From Macrostomum hystrix (taxonomy: Eukaryota; Animalia; Platyhelminthes), in assembly GCA_950097015.1 (NCBI GenBank), contig CATNEN010000041.1, forward strand, positions 434,001-498,000: 64,000 nt of DNA, read 5' to 3'. The position numbers were made by a program, and so were the translations under genes. Below, piece by piece: positions 1 through 12,710 of this stretch. The notes below the pieces were generated by a model, which did not search any database, was not told where the DNA came from, and saw only the letters and a list, made by a program, of their open reading frames with translations. How positions within the stretch are numbered: position 1 is the stretch's first letter; each line of letters starts with the position of its first letter.

Positions 1-1014
1 GCAGGCGATATTTCGTCGCTTGCAGCACCTGGGCCTGCAGCAGGCCTATCTAACAGATCCTGGCACCCGCGACTTCGCTCGCATGCTCATGGCGCTCCCC
101 TACCTGCCGGCCGAGCACATGGGCGAGGGTCTGGCGCAGATCGTTGCTGGTGTGCACGCGCCACTGCTGCTGGACCTGGCCGAGTACGTGAGCGCAACCT
201 GGCTGTCGAACCCGGTCCACGGAGTCCACGAAGTCAGTGTGTACGGCCAGTCAATACGTACCAACAACGAGGTCGAGGGCTGGCACCGGAGACTCAAGCA
301 GCGGGCCGAGAGAGTGCAGTTGACGCTCTACCCACTTCTGCACCTGCTGCACATGGAGGCCAAGCTTGTGCCAATGCATGCCGCGCTGGTGCACCAGGGT
401 GCTCAGGAGCGCCAGCACAGAGCACGGTACGAGCGTCTGCAGACGACTGTGGAGCGGTACTGGGCGCAGTACCGCACTGGTGAGTTGTCAATCCGTGCAT
501 TCCTGCTCCGGTGCTCGCGCCTCGGCCACATTCCCCAGTTTGCGTACAGACAGCGGCAACAGGTGCAGCAGCAGCAGCAGGACTAGTACGTACGTAAGTG
601 GATAAGTGTACTGTACATTCTGCGCATGTCTTCAGCTTTATATTTGATTGTGACCTTTGTGGTGGCCTTCTTTGTGATCTTTGTGATTTTGTGCAATGCA
701 TTTTTCCTTTTTTACCATACAATTACTGCATCTTTGTGGCAGTAACTCCGCCATTGTCTGGTCCCAAGCCCAGAATGAGAAAGGAGGAGGGCTGCATTGA
801 ATAAACATGCAACGGGAAAAAAGTTTCATGCGGGGCGTGTATTATTGGCAGTTGACGAAGTGACAAAAAGTTGACATCGTCCCATTGAACAGTTGACGAA
901 ATAACCAAGCTTTGAAAGTATCCTATTGGTTGGTTGACGAAACGACCAATACGGGGAACGGGTTGACGATGTGTCCAGTTGACGAAATGGCAGTTGACGA
1001 AATGACTAGGATCC
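1..1014 (+). mobile_element. Mutator-like (MULE) DNA transposon, right-hand part (left end outside window)
   Basis: Transposase ORF followed by AATAAA (800-805), about 6 subterminal GTTGACGAA-type repeats (851-1001) and a terminus ...GTTGACGAAATGACTAGGATCC ending at 1014. Its reverse complement starts GGATCCTAG, identical to the left end of the MITE at 2108. Confidence 0.8.
20..586 (+). CDS. MULE transposase, C-terminal part (5'-truncated by window edge)
   Basis: ARMLMALPYLP...EYVSATWL...RTNNEVEGWHRRLK matches the RTNNxxEGWH catalytic-Glu motif of animal MULE transposases. Confidence 0.85.
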   Translation: MQHLGLQQAYLTDPGTRDFARMLMALPYLPAEHMGEGLAQIVAGVHAPLLLDLAEYVSATWLSNPVHGVHEVSVYGQSIRTNNEVEGWHRRLKQRAERVQLTLYPLLHLLHMEAKLVPMHAALVHQGAQERQHRARYERLQTTVERYWAQYRTGELSIRAFLLRCSRLGHIPQFAYRQRQQVQQQQQD

Positions 1015-1640
1015 TTTCGGCCATAGCCACTTGGCCAAAAGCCGAATGAGCATAATAATGCTACATTATTATAGTTCTGTCTGTACATAAATGTAGGCTA
1101 CTGTCCGTAATTTTCAGTACATTTAAGCAGTCTTTAAAAAATGAGTTGAAGCCTAAAGGGCTGTACATCTTCGACTCCATAGCAGTAAATTCCTTCTTGG
1201 ACTCTGCAGCCGAACTCAACGGCAATGCTAATAACAGCAAGTGAATTTTTTCTTTATAAATCTGTAGTCGTCATCGTTTAAGCCGAAGAATCTGTCTAGA
1301 ATAACAAAAGTACCCGCTGTATATAGACAATTAATTATAGAACTAAAAAATGCATACTGACCTTATAAGAAATCTGTTTACAGCTGCGTGAAATAATATA
1401 ACAAACAAAGTCTAGTTTTATCAAATATGTCAACATAGTATATAAAATTTAAACCTGTCAAACATCAGTGAGTTATTATTCGCATATGGATCTTTAATAC
1501 CTTGTTTGTGGAGTCAAGTTAATTGTCAATTTTGTTTAATGTGGTTTAACAGATCATTCTTCGATGTTTTATACTCAAGATAGCTAGTATTATTAATGTG
1601 AAATAAAGTCTAATTCACTTGTCTTCATTTCGCGAAAGGA

Positions 1641-4600
1641 ATGAACGAAAGTAGGAATAGACCTAATAATGGTGAATATCGAGAATATCACCCATCCACG
1701 TCAACATCTAAGGCTGTACGAACAGATAACCGAAAATGGCAAAACTCTTCATTGACAAGAAATAATGACTCGTTTGACAGAAGCGGTGGGCGAAATTTGA
1801 CTCGAAATCGTACATACCAGCGAAGCAATCATTTTGATACAACCACAACTCTTCAAAGTGAAGAGTCTGTGTCTGGTGTACATGCTGGTCAGGATTCCGA
1901 TTGGCCACAGCCTAGAAAAGGATGGAGTCGAAACACTCCTGGTCCCGAAGTTGGCAATCCAGTCCAAAGCAAAAATGAAACAGTAAGTCTTATTTGCCAG
2001 TGTATAATTTTAATAATATTCAAGCTTTTTAACCTCTTCTGTATATGTTTTTATTACATTTAAAGTCTAAAAAGTCGGTGATTAAGTCCTAAGATTTAAA
2101 TCGACCCGGATCCTAGACACTTCGTCATCTTACAACTTCGTCATCTTACAACTTCGTCATCCCCTTGGAAGGTAGGACACTTCGTCATCCAGCCAATTGG
2201 CATGCTTTAAAGTTTGGTCAGTTCGTCATCTACTAATAACAAGCAATCAAGTTCGTCATCAATAAAGTGAGGGTGGGGTGGTGGGGTAGAGGTGTGAACA
2301 CACTTCACACTCTAAATTGTCAAAAAGAGGTGTCAAAACTGATTTCATTATAAGAGTTGAAAAATAGGTGCCAACACAATGTGAGGAGGTAGGGAGGGGT
2401 GGTTCTGTTGCAACTTTAAAAACTTGTTTTATAGACGATGAAGTGTCCACAAGTCTAAGTCTCTTTGTCATCCACCCTCTGAGATATTGGACAGATTGTC
2501 ATCTGGATGACGAAGTTGTAAGATGACGAAGTGTCCAGGTACCATCTACCCAACTTGCTCAGAGTTTCTTTGCCTATATTGATTGTTATTTGTCTTAGGC
2601 TTTTGTAAGTATTCAGCCAAAGTTGCTAATTCATTAATTCAAAGTCATTAATTTGCTATATAAAAATATATAGTCACTTATATTAAATCAATTAAAAGTT
2701 ATGAAACAAAATACTTTTTAGTGAAATTTTAAATAGTATAATACAACTCCTTGCTAAAGAAGCATTTTATTGTTTACACCAGATCCCAGAATTGTTGTCA
2801 ATTTTTTTGTCAAATGGCCATGGTTAGCAATTGCCAGTTTCAAGGGAATGTTTTTCAAATTGAAAATTATCTCAAGGAACATTCCCCAAATTGAAAATTA
2901 TCCTTTCGGATGTCTGTCAAATCAAATTTAAACAATTTGTATGGGGTCAAGTCAGTCAACTATTATTTGCCCAATACTTATTTGTTAGTTATTTTTTCAA
3001 TACTTATGTTTTTATTTGTACCATTTGTGCAATTACATAAATTAACACAGGCAAAAAGTCACTTTCAGCTTTTGGATTTGCTATCGGAACCTTCATCAAA
3101 CATTTGCTTTGGAATCGGAACCTTTGTCAAACACCAGCTTTGGTAATGAAAGCTTCATCAAACACGTATTTTGATAATGGAAGCTTTGTCAAACAGTTGA
3201 TGAAAAATAATTTGACAAAAATTCTATAAATTATTTACATCTACTTTAAGTCAAAATCATATATAATAAATGTTTAATAACTACTAAACCTGAAACAAAA
3301 AAAACTTCATGTAAAATCCTAACTACTGTAATATTATTTACTAGTAGGCAGTTATAGCTTAGTTACTATTATGTGGCTCTATACTTAAGCTTCATTATAA
3401 TAATATTCACTGTTTTGTATTCAGTGGCACTAGGACAAGCTAGTTAGATGCTTATTGTCATTTTGTGCTAAATAAATGTATACCTATGAGAATGTAGTAT
3501 TTTCTATTAAACCCCATATTTAATTTCAGTTTTGAAACATTTTATTTTCTAGTAGGTTTTTGGGAAGTAAGATCAAGCAAATATTTCTGAGTTTATTTGG
3601 ATTTAAATAAGTACTTGTCTTCATTGTTAGAGTTTTCTTTCTTACAAAATCTATATATCTACCCTGTAGATTAAAATAATATTTTAATTAAAAAAGTAAA
3701 TTAAATCTAATTAAAAAGTAAGAGCAACGTTTTAATTGAAAATATAATTCTTTTTTAGTCTGACAGCAACAAGGAAGGCAATCCTGGTGCCAAATTTATT
3801 GTAAAAAAGGTAAGTGCATTGTATGGTGGTAAATAAATTTCTGCTGAAGGTAATATAAAATAATTAAAACATTACTACTCTAAAATTGCACAAAAGCGTG
3901 AAGAAGTCAGCAGCACTAACAGCAGCAGTGGCGGTCATCGCTCCAAGGAGGCGTCACCTAGTGTGCAGCCGACTGTACAGGAGCCTTCTGCTGGAGTGAG
4001 TGAGTCGGCCGACTGGCCCAGCCTGCAGCAGCCGCAGCGAGCCTCGAGGCCAACTAGGGGCACCGTCGTTGCTGCTCCAGTTGTGACAATCGCCGCTGCT
4101 GCCACTGCACCAGTAGTCGCCTCATCGCCGACTCGCCTCACCCACCTGCAGGAGGTGCCACTGCCGCCGCAGCCGCTGACGCTGGTGACACCAGGCGGAC
4201 GTTTCATTGACGAAGCCCAGCGGCAGGAAATTTTGGACTATCTGGAGCCGAGCAACACGAACTTTACTGTCGTTGGCGTGCTCGGACTGCAGGTTAGTCT
4301 GGTTGTTGTGGCAAATTAGTTTAACTGCACTACTTAAAGTAGCCTGTTTCGTGTATCACCGCGCTTGATCTGCTTTAAATTAAAACTCAATCCAGTCCTC
4401 TGGCAAGTCGAGCTTGCTCAACGCGCTGCTGCTGAACCGCCCACCAGGCGATCAGGAGGATCTTCAGATGCCAAGCGACCGGCGCGAATTTCCCGTCGAA
4501 AATCTCGAAAGCCTGCTAGAAAATGCGCACAGGACCAGGGGCGTCCAGCTGCAGACCACGCCGGAGCGGTTGTTCCTGCTGGACTGTGAAGCTCTGCTAG

Positions 4601-5645
4601 CACTGCCCAGCGCTGAGACGCTCATTCAAGCTGCCGCCAGCGAGCGCCGCGGCGGAGGCGCAGGCGGCGCCGCTCAACAGTCGGACTTCATCACCGTGGA
4701 GACTGGCGCCACCATGCAGGGAATCCAGCTCAGCGCCTTCCTGATGTCGGCCTGCCACCTGCTGCTGGTGCTATCCGACGGCTGGCCGGACCCGGACATG
4801 CTCCGCCTTCTGCTGGCAGCCGATATGCTGCGGCCTGCTGTCTTGGACGATACGAGCTTCCAGCCGCGACTGGTCTTCGTTCTGAATCGAACCGGCCCTG
4901 GTGACGGCCCGGCACCCGGCCGGCTCTGCGACCTCCTGGCCGGAGTGTTCGAAGGTGCCGCCTTCCGGTTCAACTCCAGCGGCGTCTTCTGCCTGCCACT
5001 GCTGGACGAGGCCACTCAAGGTGAGGCGCAGCTTCAGACAGCTGGGAGGGTTCTGTTCAAACCTAGAACTCATTTTCTAAAGCGTAGATTAGGCATTCCT
5101 AATGTCCTGAAGCACCAAGCAAGCAGTCTCTCCGCAAACTTGCATGGCTTCAGAGCCGCTCTTGAATAGGTTCAAAAAGTACTTCATTTATACACGGTTC
5201 TTTCTGCCTCTCGATTCCTATTGTTGCAGAGGCGGCCGTTGAGTACACGGAGGAGCTGGAGCGCTTGCGCAAGCTGATTTTGACTTCGCCCAGGCATCAC
5301 ATGCTGAGGCAGGACCTGTTCAACGAGAAAGTCTGGTGAGTTTATCAATCTCTCTGTCTTCTCAGCCGACTGTTCAAAATTTAATTACACATGAAGTTGT
5401 TATGACTCCAGCATCCGAGTTCCCATTAAATCCAGATTCTAGATTCCCTAAGCCAAGAATCCCCATTGAGTCCAGATTCCCTCTTTGGAAGTCACCATTG
5501 AGTCTACGCCCATGGAATTAGCTTGCATCAGCTTTAACCCCAGCTACAATGATGATTTCCTTGCAGGCTTGACTTCGCAGCCGAAGTTTGGGAGAACATT
5601 GAAAAGTCCGTCATGCTGGCCGAGTACCACAGGCTGATTGGCTAG
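1641..5645 (+). CDS. SMG9: Nonsense-mediated decay factor SMG9 (P-loop protein), 6 exons
   Basis: Exons 1641-1982, 3759-3809, 3897-4292, 4396-5020, 5230-5335, 5567-5645 have GT-AG boundaries with consistent phases. The spliced product contains VVGVLGLQ|SSGKSSLLN, LFLLDCE, SAFLMSACHLLLVLSDGWPDPDMLRLL and the C-terminus NEKVWLDFAAEVWENIEKSVMLAEYHRLIG*, matching recalled SMG9 motifs. Exon 1 is the least certain. Confidence 0.88.
2108..2543. mobile_element. Non-autonomous MULE-type MITE in SMG9 intron 1
   Basis: About 38-bp TIRs: GGATCCTAGACACTTCGTCATCTTACAACTTCGTCATC versus the reverse complement of the right end GGTACCTGGACACTTCGTCATCTTACAACTTCGTCATC (3 mismatches). Flanked by 8-bp TSD ATCGACCC (2100-2107) / ATCTACCC (2544-2551). 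Internal CTTCGTCATC repeats; no ORF. Confidence 0.85.
3072..3195. repeat. Degenerate 31-bp tandem repeat, 4 copies
   Basis: Units end in CTTCATCAAACA / CTTTGTCAAACA at 31-nt spacing, inside SMG9 intron 1. Confidence 0.6.
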
Positions 5646-5706
5646 GTGGACACAGCCCAGAAGCAGCAACGCGGAAGTATCAGCTGAGCTTTTAAAAATT
5701 CTAAAC

Positions 5707-5712
5707 AATAAA
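5707..5712 (+). terminator. Probable polyadenylation signal of SMG9
   Basis: AATAAA about 60 nt after the TAG at 5643-5645. Confidence 0.5.
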
Positions 5713-8700
5713 TTTTCCGTAGCGGTTCGATCGGCGCGACAGCCCGACTCTGCCAGTCTCAGACGGCCTGCTGGCACCGATGCAGTCGACGATTCGACAA
5801 CGTTCCCCACCGCCCCCTCTGCCCGCTCCGCCAACCGCCCCGCCAGCCCGCGCTGTGCGGCCCAGGGCGGCCCCCGTGGCTCTCGAGCCTATGGGGAAGA
5901 GAGGCGGTCGCTGCGGGCAGTTGAAGAGAGGCGAGCGGCAGTGCCCGAGCAAATTCTGACAGAAAATATTTCTATTTTTTTGTGACAGCAAGGCACTTGG
6001 TGGGCTATTCCTGTGTCACTTCCACAAGATGCGTTGCTTTTGTTTTTCTGCTAAGCCTAGCATCTGTTTGTTTGTTCTCACTATCTCTGTGCTAAATTGA
6101 GGGTCTGCGAATATCCAGAGTCGATGCAGATGGCGCATGCGACAGTTTTTCTCTCCCTCTCGCCCGTCTCATTTAACGCTGTGTAATTTGGGTCCCCTTG
6201 TTTTTGCCTTTTAAATCTTTTCGTTCATCTTTGTCTGTTGTCATCGTGGGTCGATACGACACTGTTCATTGTCAGAAAAGTCTATAAACCATTGACTTGA
6301 GCCTCGAGTGTTCCAATTCGAGGGTGTATCTCTCATCTGATTTGGGCGCATCAACTTCTGCTAAAATGGAAATGCTGCACCCCACTCGCGTCCTGAGTTT
6401 ATTGTATTCGCCAGAATCCCCTGCGTGCATCTTTGGCCTTTCCCGAGAATTTGGACGCCCGCTTCTCTGTGACAGTGAAGCCATTAAAATAGTGTAAACT
6501 TTAATTCTCTTCCACACTACTGCTAGTAGAATGATTCTCTGAAATATTGGCTATGTTTTCCGCACTATTCCGAATGCTATCTTTGAATAATAAATAGTCT
6601 CATAACACTGTCGAATTCGCGCGTGACTCCATCCGATAAACTGTTGGGCTAATCTCCGGTCTAGGTCGCTTCCCTTCCTGTTTTCTTGTTGCTTGCCAAA
6701 GCCGAGCTGGAGTAGGGAGGCCTGGCTAGAATCCGGGTCAGCTTTGTGAGCTCATTTTGGATGTGCTTCTTTGTGCCTGCGGAGATGAAGCTGATGAAAG
6801 ATGGCTGGGAACACTTGGTGGGAGAGCCGCGCATTAATTAGTGAGAAATCGATACGTTTAGCTTGCGTTATTAGGAACTTGAATTTACTCAGCTAGGTGC
6901 CACCATTGAATTCATGAGATCGAAGCCGACTTCGAATAGGCTTCTTGCTTATTTTGTTGCTATGCCGTCACCGTCAGCAGCAGATCTAAATTTATTTTCG
7001 AGAGCTAGAGAAGCGAGCAAGCGAGAATCAGTGATGCGTGCCTTGGCCGTACCGTGCAGTCGAACGCTCGTAAAATGAATTCAAGTTTGAAATGCAGTTG
7101 AGCTCCATATAATAGGCTGTTTTTGTAATGAAACTGTTCAGTAAAAGCAATTCGACTTGCATCGCTCTGCTCTGAAAAGCTGTTTCAGAACTGGCCTGGC
7201 TGATCTTTGTTGTCAGGAGGAGGCTAAATTGATTGCTGCTGAATCATTCAGAAGCAGGACTGGTTTCCACCAGAGCTCGCGTACTACTCTTGGCCCTGAC
7301 TTGCCTGGCAAGCCGCGCCAATGAAAACTCATCTGATCTGGCATCGGTTGATCTCCTGTACCGGCCTGAGCTGCTCACAGAATAGTGCATATACTTTGCT
7401 AATCGACTAACGAACGGCCAGACAAAGGCAAACAAACTTTTATCTAAAGTTTGCTCAGCCCTCTTATCTGTGCTAGTTCAGGATCTAGGATTCGATTATT
7501 CAACAGCCGACTAACCTGCTAGAAAAGCTGCTGCTCGGTCCCAGCTGTTCTAAGTGGCCTCACGACTTCGGGGTCAGGATACCCCTCCCTCCGCTTGTCG
7601 CATCCACTGCGGAGTCTAGTCAGCGAAGCCGATCAAGCCTCAGGCCTTGATTGATTCCCTCTTCGCGCTGCGGGTCCCCAGCTTCGCCAAGTTGCCAGCG
7701 CTGCAAGTCGCCGCGCTGAGCAGGCGAATGAAGGCCATTTGGATCGTTAAGCGGTGGCCCTGGGGTTGGAGGCGAGCAGAAGGGTTAGCCATTGCTGTGG
7801 CCCGGGGTCGAGTGGCCGGGGAGGCAGCGAGTGAGCCGAGACGCAGAAGCAGAGCCTGCGCGGGCAGTTGCTGGGGAGCTGTCCTCTCCTATACATTCCC
7901 CCGGCCGGCCGTTTCCGGGGCGCGCACTGGAGAGTGATCGATCACTGTCCCCAAGCCCGTCCAAAGTCCCTGCTTCCCTTCCTCACATACAGAGATGCGG
8001 ACGCATTTAGCCTCGCTTGATGCCATGAGTTGCTTCACGGGAGCCCGTCGAGTTAAGAAGCACTGCAATTCATAATATCGATGGGCTGCTGGCAGCGGAT
8101 CGAAAATCATGCCATGCTCAGCTGCTCCTCGCCATAAACATTCAGTTGTTTCTTCCTGTTCTGTTCACGCTGGTTGCGCACAGAATGCATTAGCACTAGC
8201 GTTCCTATTCAGAGACCCCAGTCCCCAAGCTGCTGCCGCTGCTGCTGCTGTTGATGATGATATTAAGGGGCCAACTGCGCTTACTTTACGAGACCACAGC
8301 GGCATGGCACAGCTTGTATGGCATGCAACTCTGTCAACTTCCGGTTTTGGGGGGCTGAAGCGAGTTACTGGGCGGATTTCTCAGGGAGAGAAACGTTCGC
8401 GCAGCTCTCAGCTCCACTGGCATTGCGGGCGGTGGATCATTGAATGGGAAAAGTACACAGCCGATTTGGAAGTGAAATGGAGGAGAGACGGAGAGATGGG
8501 ACGAGCTGCTGGAGCTGGGCGCGAGCATTCAGCAATGGGAGAGGATTTCTGCAGCCAGTGTGTACGCACACCAGTTAGTCTCTGCTGGGCCATGCTCAGA
8601 GAGAATCTGTTCTTGTCCTTGCTCTCTCCCTCTACCAGTTCCTCAGCGGCTCACTCACTCTCTCGGGCGCGCTCGGGGAGCGCCAGTGTCCCACCCTCCG

Positions 8701-11090
8701 CGCTCATGCGGACGCATGGCAACACGAGGGTGGTACCCTTTCGTTGAAATTGCTTGGGCTAAAGCCGCTGCCGCCATCCGTGGGATTAAGCGGCCAAATC
8801 CCTCGACGGGACGAGCAAGCGGCTTGCGGGCTGGGCAAATGAGAGCCCCGCAATCAGCGGGGCCCCGCCGCATGGGATCACAGGCGGGGCGGAGACAAGG
8901 CCCAGCTCTGGGTTCGGACTCGGAGATGGCAAACAGCTTCCGAAATTCATCGCCTCCCCCAGCCACTCATTCCATATGGCCCAGCAGGAAAGTCTCAGCA
9001 GCAGCAGCTATTGCTTTGCATAATTTCTCTGCGACGTCGAGAAATTAACGCGACTTTCGCGCCCTTTCTCCATCCATCGCAGAACTGTCCGCCCCAAACT
9101 CGAGTTGCTCAAACTCCAGTGGGAGCAGGACAGGACGCGCGAGCGAGAAGGAAACTTGCGAAGCAGAAACACTTGAGAAAAACGACGATGTGCCCTCATT
9201 TGCTAATCCGCGACGCCGCGCAGAATTGGAGCGAAAGACCCGGGCTCAAACCGTGGATCTACGCTCTCATGCGCAGGCATTCCTACACTATTGCGACCTG
9301 CACCCTGCTCCCGCTTCTCGGCTGGCCAGCCTGGGGGAGGACAGACTGGGGAGGAGCACGTGCTGTTCTGCGCGCGGCACGTGCGCGATTTTTGCAGCCC
9401 AGTCGCCTCCAGCTGCCCCGAGGGTCAGTCCGCTCGGCTACCCATTCCTGCCGCTGCAACAGAAACTCTCTGGGCTTGTCTCTCATCTCTCGCCTTGCCA
9501 AATCCTTCTTCCCATGCCGAGCAGCATGCTCCGAATTCCCAACACCCCTGATGGCACCTTTCCCCTCAGGTCCTCTCCCTGCAGCCACAGCTCGCATTGC
9601 TGCTGCTGCCGATTCCGATGCTGCGTCCTAAATGCAGCGCGCGACAGCGACAACAGCTCGGCGCGAGCAAGGCTACTGCGTGCTTGCACTGGGCCAGAGT
9701 GCGGGGGATGGACGAGATGAGAACCCCCTTTGAGTCCTGGCTGTGCTGTCTCTTGGATCGACGCAGCCCGCAGCAGCGGATGAAAATGGGAATTGGAGAG
9801 GCCGAATGAGGGCAGGATGGGGAGAGGGGATAGCAGAGCCTGAGACTGCGATGCGATGGACAGAAAGAGAGTCGTGGCGGGATGTGGGGTGGAGCTCGGC
9901 TGCTGTGCCGGCGCCTCGGCCCATCCGCGGCTCAGTCGTTCTTCCTCGAGGCGAGACCACAGTTGGGGCTTCCCAGCCTCTGTGCCTCATCTCCAGTCCA
10001 CCCACCCCCGCCTCGCCTGCTGGAAGCAAGGCAGTAAGCCGGCCACCCCTCGCTCTCACAGTACTTGACAGCATCGCGTCCGACACTCTGCCGGCCTCGG
10101 GGCGTCATCGCCTCTCGTTCTCAGCTTTTCCCATCGGTCAGCTGTCTGCCGAAGCCGCAGTTTCCCCAGAGTCCGGTTCGGCCCGGCCGAGTCCGCCCAT
10201 CCCCCATCGCCTGCATTTCCCGGCTGCTCTCAGGCTGGCAACAAGCTGAGAGCCGAGCCGAGCTCTCCTGCTGCTAGGCGATTCGCCATTTGCTGCCAGG
10301 CTCGGTGGTAAGGGGGAGGAGGTTGGCGTATTGCGAAGAGGTCGGCCTCGGCTGCTCAGCTCTCACCCTGTCCTCCAACCCATCGCCTTCGCCTCACCCA
10401 CCCTCCGGCCTGGCCCTTCTATCGCATCAGATTCTCGGCTTCCCTGCCCTCCCATTCCGCTCACTGCGACCCGCCAGCAACCCCAATCTCGAGCGGTTTC
10501 TTAAGTCGCTGCGTCCCCCCGCCCACCCTGGGCCCTCCCAACCGCAGGTACGCAATTGCTACCGCCCAGTTTCCTGCATTGCCGCAAGCTGCTGTCAATC
10601 GGCTTGCTCAGTGGGGAGCTCATTGCCGCCCTCGCACCCCAGCCTGCAGTCCGCATCGCGGCAGCCGAGTGTTGGGCCCGCTGCGTTGCGCCCGGCCGGG
10701 GCCTGCGGAGCATTGCGCTGAAGCTGACCGATTCTGTTCCGAATCGTCTCTCAATCGCTTTGGCCCTGAGTGAGCTGGTCTTTATACTTTCTACTCTCGA
10801 AGCTTAAAGTACATGCATACCTCATCTTGTTTAACTCTGCAAATAACGGATGCACTGATGGTACTCGAGATATCAAGTCGTAGATTTCATGTTCTGCTAT
10901 TCCAATTCTTCGTTTTGTAGTGCACTTCGTGTTGCTCGCAGTGTCACAATAGTGATGTTTGTTCTTAACGTAAATCACTGAGCAGAAGCAAAAAAACATA
11001 GGTAGAAAGTTCCTTGGAGATTGAATTCTCAAATTATTTTATAGTAGCTCATCTAAGATACTCTTTACCAACCAACTCCAGCGCAGTCGC

Positions 11091-12710
11091 ATGGTGGACC
11101 GCGAGCTATTAAACGTAGTCTGGGTGACGGCCTCGGTGGTGGCAGGAACCGGGACCACCTTGATCGCGCTGGTGCTGATTTGCAAAGTCACCCAGCGCTG
11201 CCGATTGCGGTGTCGTCGGCGCAAACTGAAGGGATCTGGCGGCCGAGGGGCAAATGATGCCACAGAAGCCAGCTGCTGCTGCTGTTGCTGCTGCTGCGAC
11301 GGTGGAAACAGCGGAGCCGGCTTTGGTGGCCACTCGACATCAACGGTGTACGACACTGCGAGGGCTGCTGGCAAGCCGTCCGTGGACACTTTCGACGACT
11401 TTCTTCAGCGCTCCTTCAGTCCGGGCGGGCATGCGGAGACCTTGGCGCTCACGAGTCAGCAGCCGGCCCAGCAGCAGGCTCAACAGCCACAACCGCAGGC
11501 TATGACTCTGCAACGATCTCAGCCACAGCCAGTGCTGCAGGATCAACCGCAGATGACCGCTGGAGCATCAGGTGCCGCTGCAGCTGGTGCGGCTGCTGCG
11601 GCGGCGGCCGCTGCGGCGGCAGCATCGACGAATCGACAATCTGCAACTCCGACAGCGCCAATAAAATCGTCTCACATTGCAACATCTCTAGGAGGGTCAC
11701 TGCAGCTTCAGCAGGCGCAACAGCAGGCGCAACAGCAGGCGCAGCAGCAGGCGCAGCATCAGGCGCTGCAGCAGGCGCAACAGCTGCAATACCAGCAACG
11801 CTCATCACCCATGATTGGTTCTCCTCGCCAAACTCCGCCGCAGTTGCAGCTTCAATCGCAAAGCCTTCATCATCATCAACAGCAGCAGCAGCAGTATCAG
11901 CAGCAGCAACATTATATTCAGCAGCAGCAGCATCAGCAGCAGCAGCAGCAACAGCAGCAACAGCAGCAGCATCAGCAGCAACAGTATTTGCAGCAGTATT
12001 CTTCAATCGACTCGGCTCTTCTCGGCTCCATGGTCGGCTCTCAACAGTCTCAACTTGGCTCTGTGCATTGCGGCTTAGCCACTGCTTCCCGAGTTCCCCG
12101 GCAAGCTCCGGTGCCTCCCCCGCAACAGCTGATTGGCCATCACCGCTCGATGGCGATGCTGCACGGTCCAGCTCAACCGCAGCCGCAGCCGCCTCCATCC
12201 TCCTCATTGTCCCCGCTGCGAGGCCGCATGCCGATTGGCCTGGCGCGTCACCAGTCGGACGCAGCAGTTGCGGCCTACGCGTACGCTGTTCGTGAGGCTG
12301 CAGCGGCGGCTGCGGCAGCCGTCAGCGTCGACCTCCAGTCTATGTCAGCCTCAGCCTATGAGCAGCACCATCATTTGCTGCAACAACAACAGCAGCAGCA
12401 GCGGCTGCACCGGCCCATGGCGTTCGAGATCTGCGAAAGCGACTGCGATCGATACAGCGACGTTAGCCTGGGCGGCGGAGGCAATCATCTGGACGGCGGC
12501 GGCGGCGTCGATAAAGTGTCGAAGCCTGCTACATCTGTTGCAGTCGCCTTCAACTATGAAACCTACGACACCGAGTGGCCGCTGAACAGCTACGTACGGC
12601 CTGGTGGCGGGGCCGGCTTTCATGAGGGCGTCCAGGCCCGCTGCCACCCGGCCCGACGCGGCCACATCCTGTTCGGCCGGGGGGGCGGCCGCTTCTCTGG
12701 GAATATGTGA
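11091..12710 (+). CDS. Unknown single-pass membrane protein with Cys cluster and polyQ/polyA cytoplasmic tail (539 aa; may be incomplete)
   Basis: Long ORF with ATG after an acceptor-like TTTTATAGTAG (about 11036-11046). N-terminal hydrophobic helix VVWVTASVVAGTGTTLIALVLIC is followed by basic RCRLRCRRRKLK and C8. Composition resembles the other exons in the window. No family motif recognised. Confidence 0.6.
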   Translation: MVDRELLNVVWVTASVVAGTGTTLIALVLICKVTQRCRLRCRRRKLKGSGGRGANDATEASCCCCCCCCDGGNSGAGFGGHSTSTVYDTARAAGKPSVDTFDDFLQRSFSPGGHAETLALTSQQPAQQQAQQPQPQAMTLQRSQPQPVLQDQPQMTAGASGAAAAGAAAAAAAAAAAASTNRQSATPTAPIKSSHIATSLGGSLQLQQAQQQAQQQAQQQAQHQALQQAQQLQYQQRSSPMIGSPRQTPPQLQLQSQSLHHHQQQQQQYQQQQHYIQQQQHQQQQQQQQQQQQHQQQQYLQQYSSIDSALLGSMVGSQQSQLGSVHCGLATASRVPRQAPVPPPQQLIGHHRSMAMLHGPAQPQPQPPPSSSLSPLRGRMPIGLARHQSDAAVAAYAYAVREAAAAAAAAVSVDLQSMSASAYEQHHHLLQQQQQQQRLHRPMAFEICESDCDRYSDVSLGGGGNHLDGGGGVDKVSKPATSVAVAFNYETYDTEWPLNSYVRPGGGAGFHEGVQARCHPARRGHILFGRGGGRFSGNM

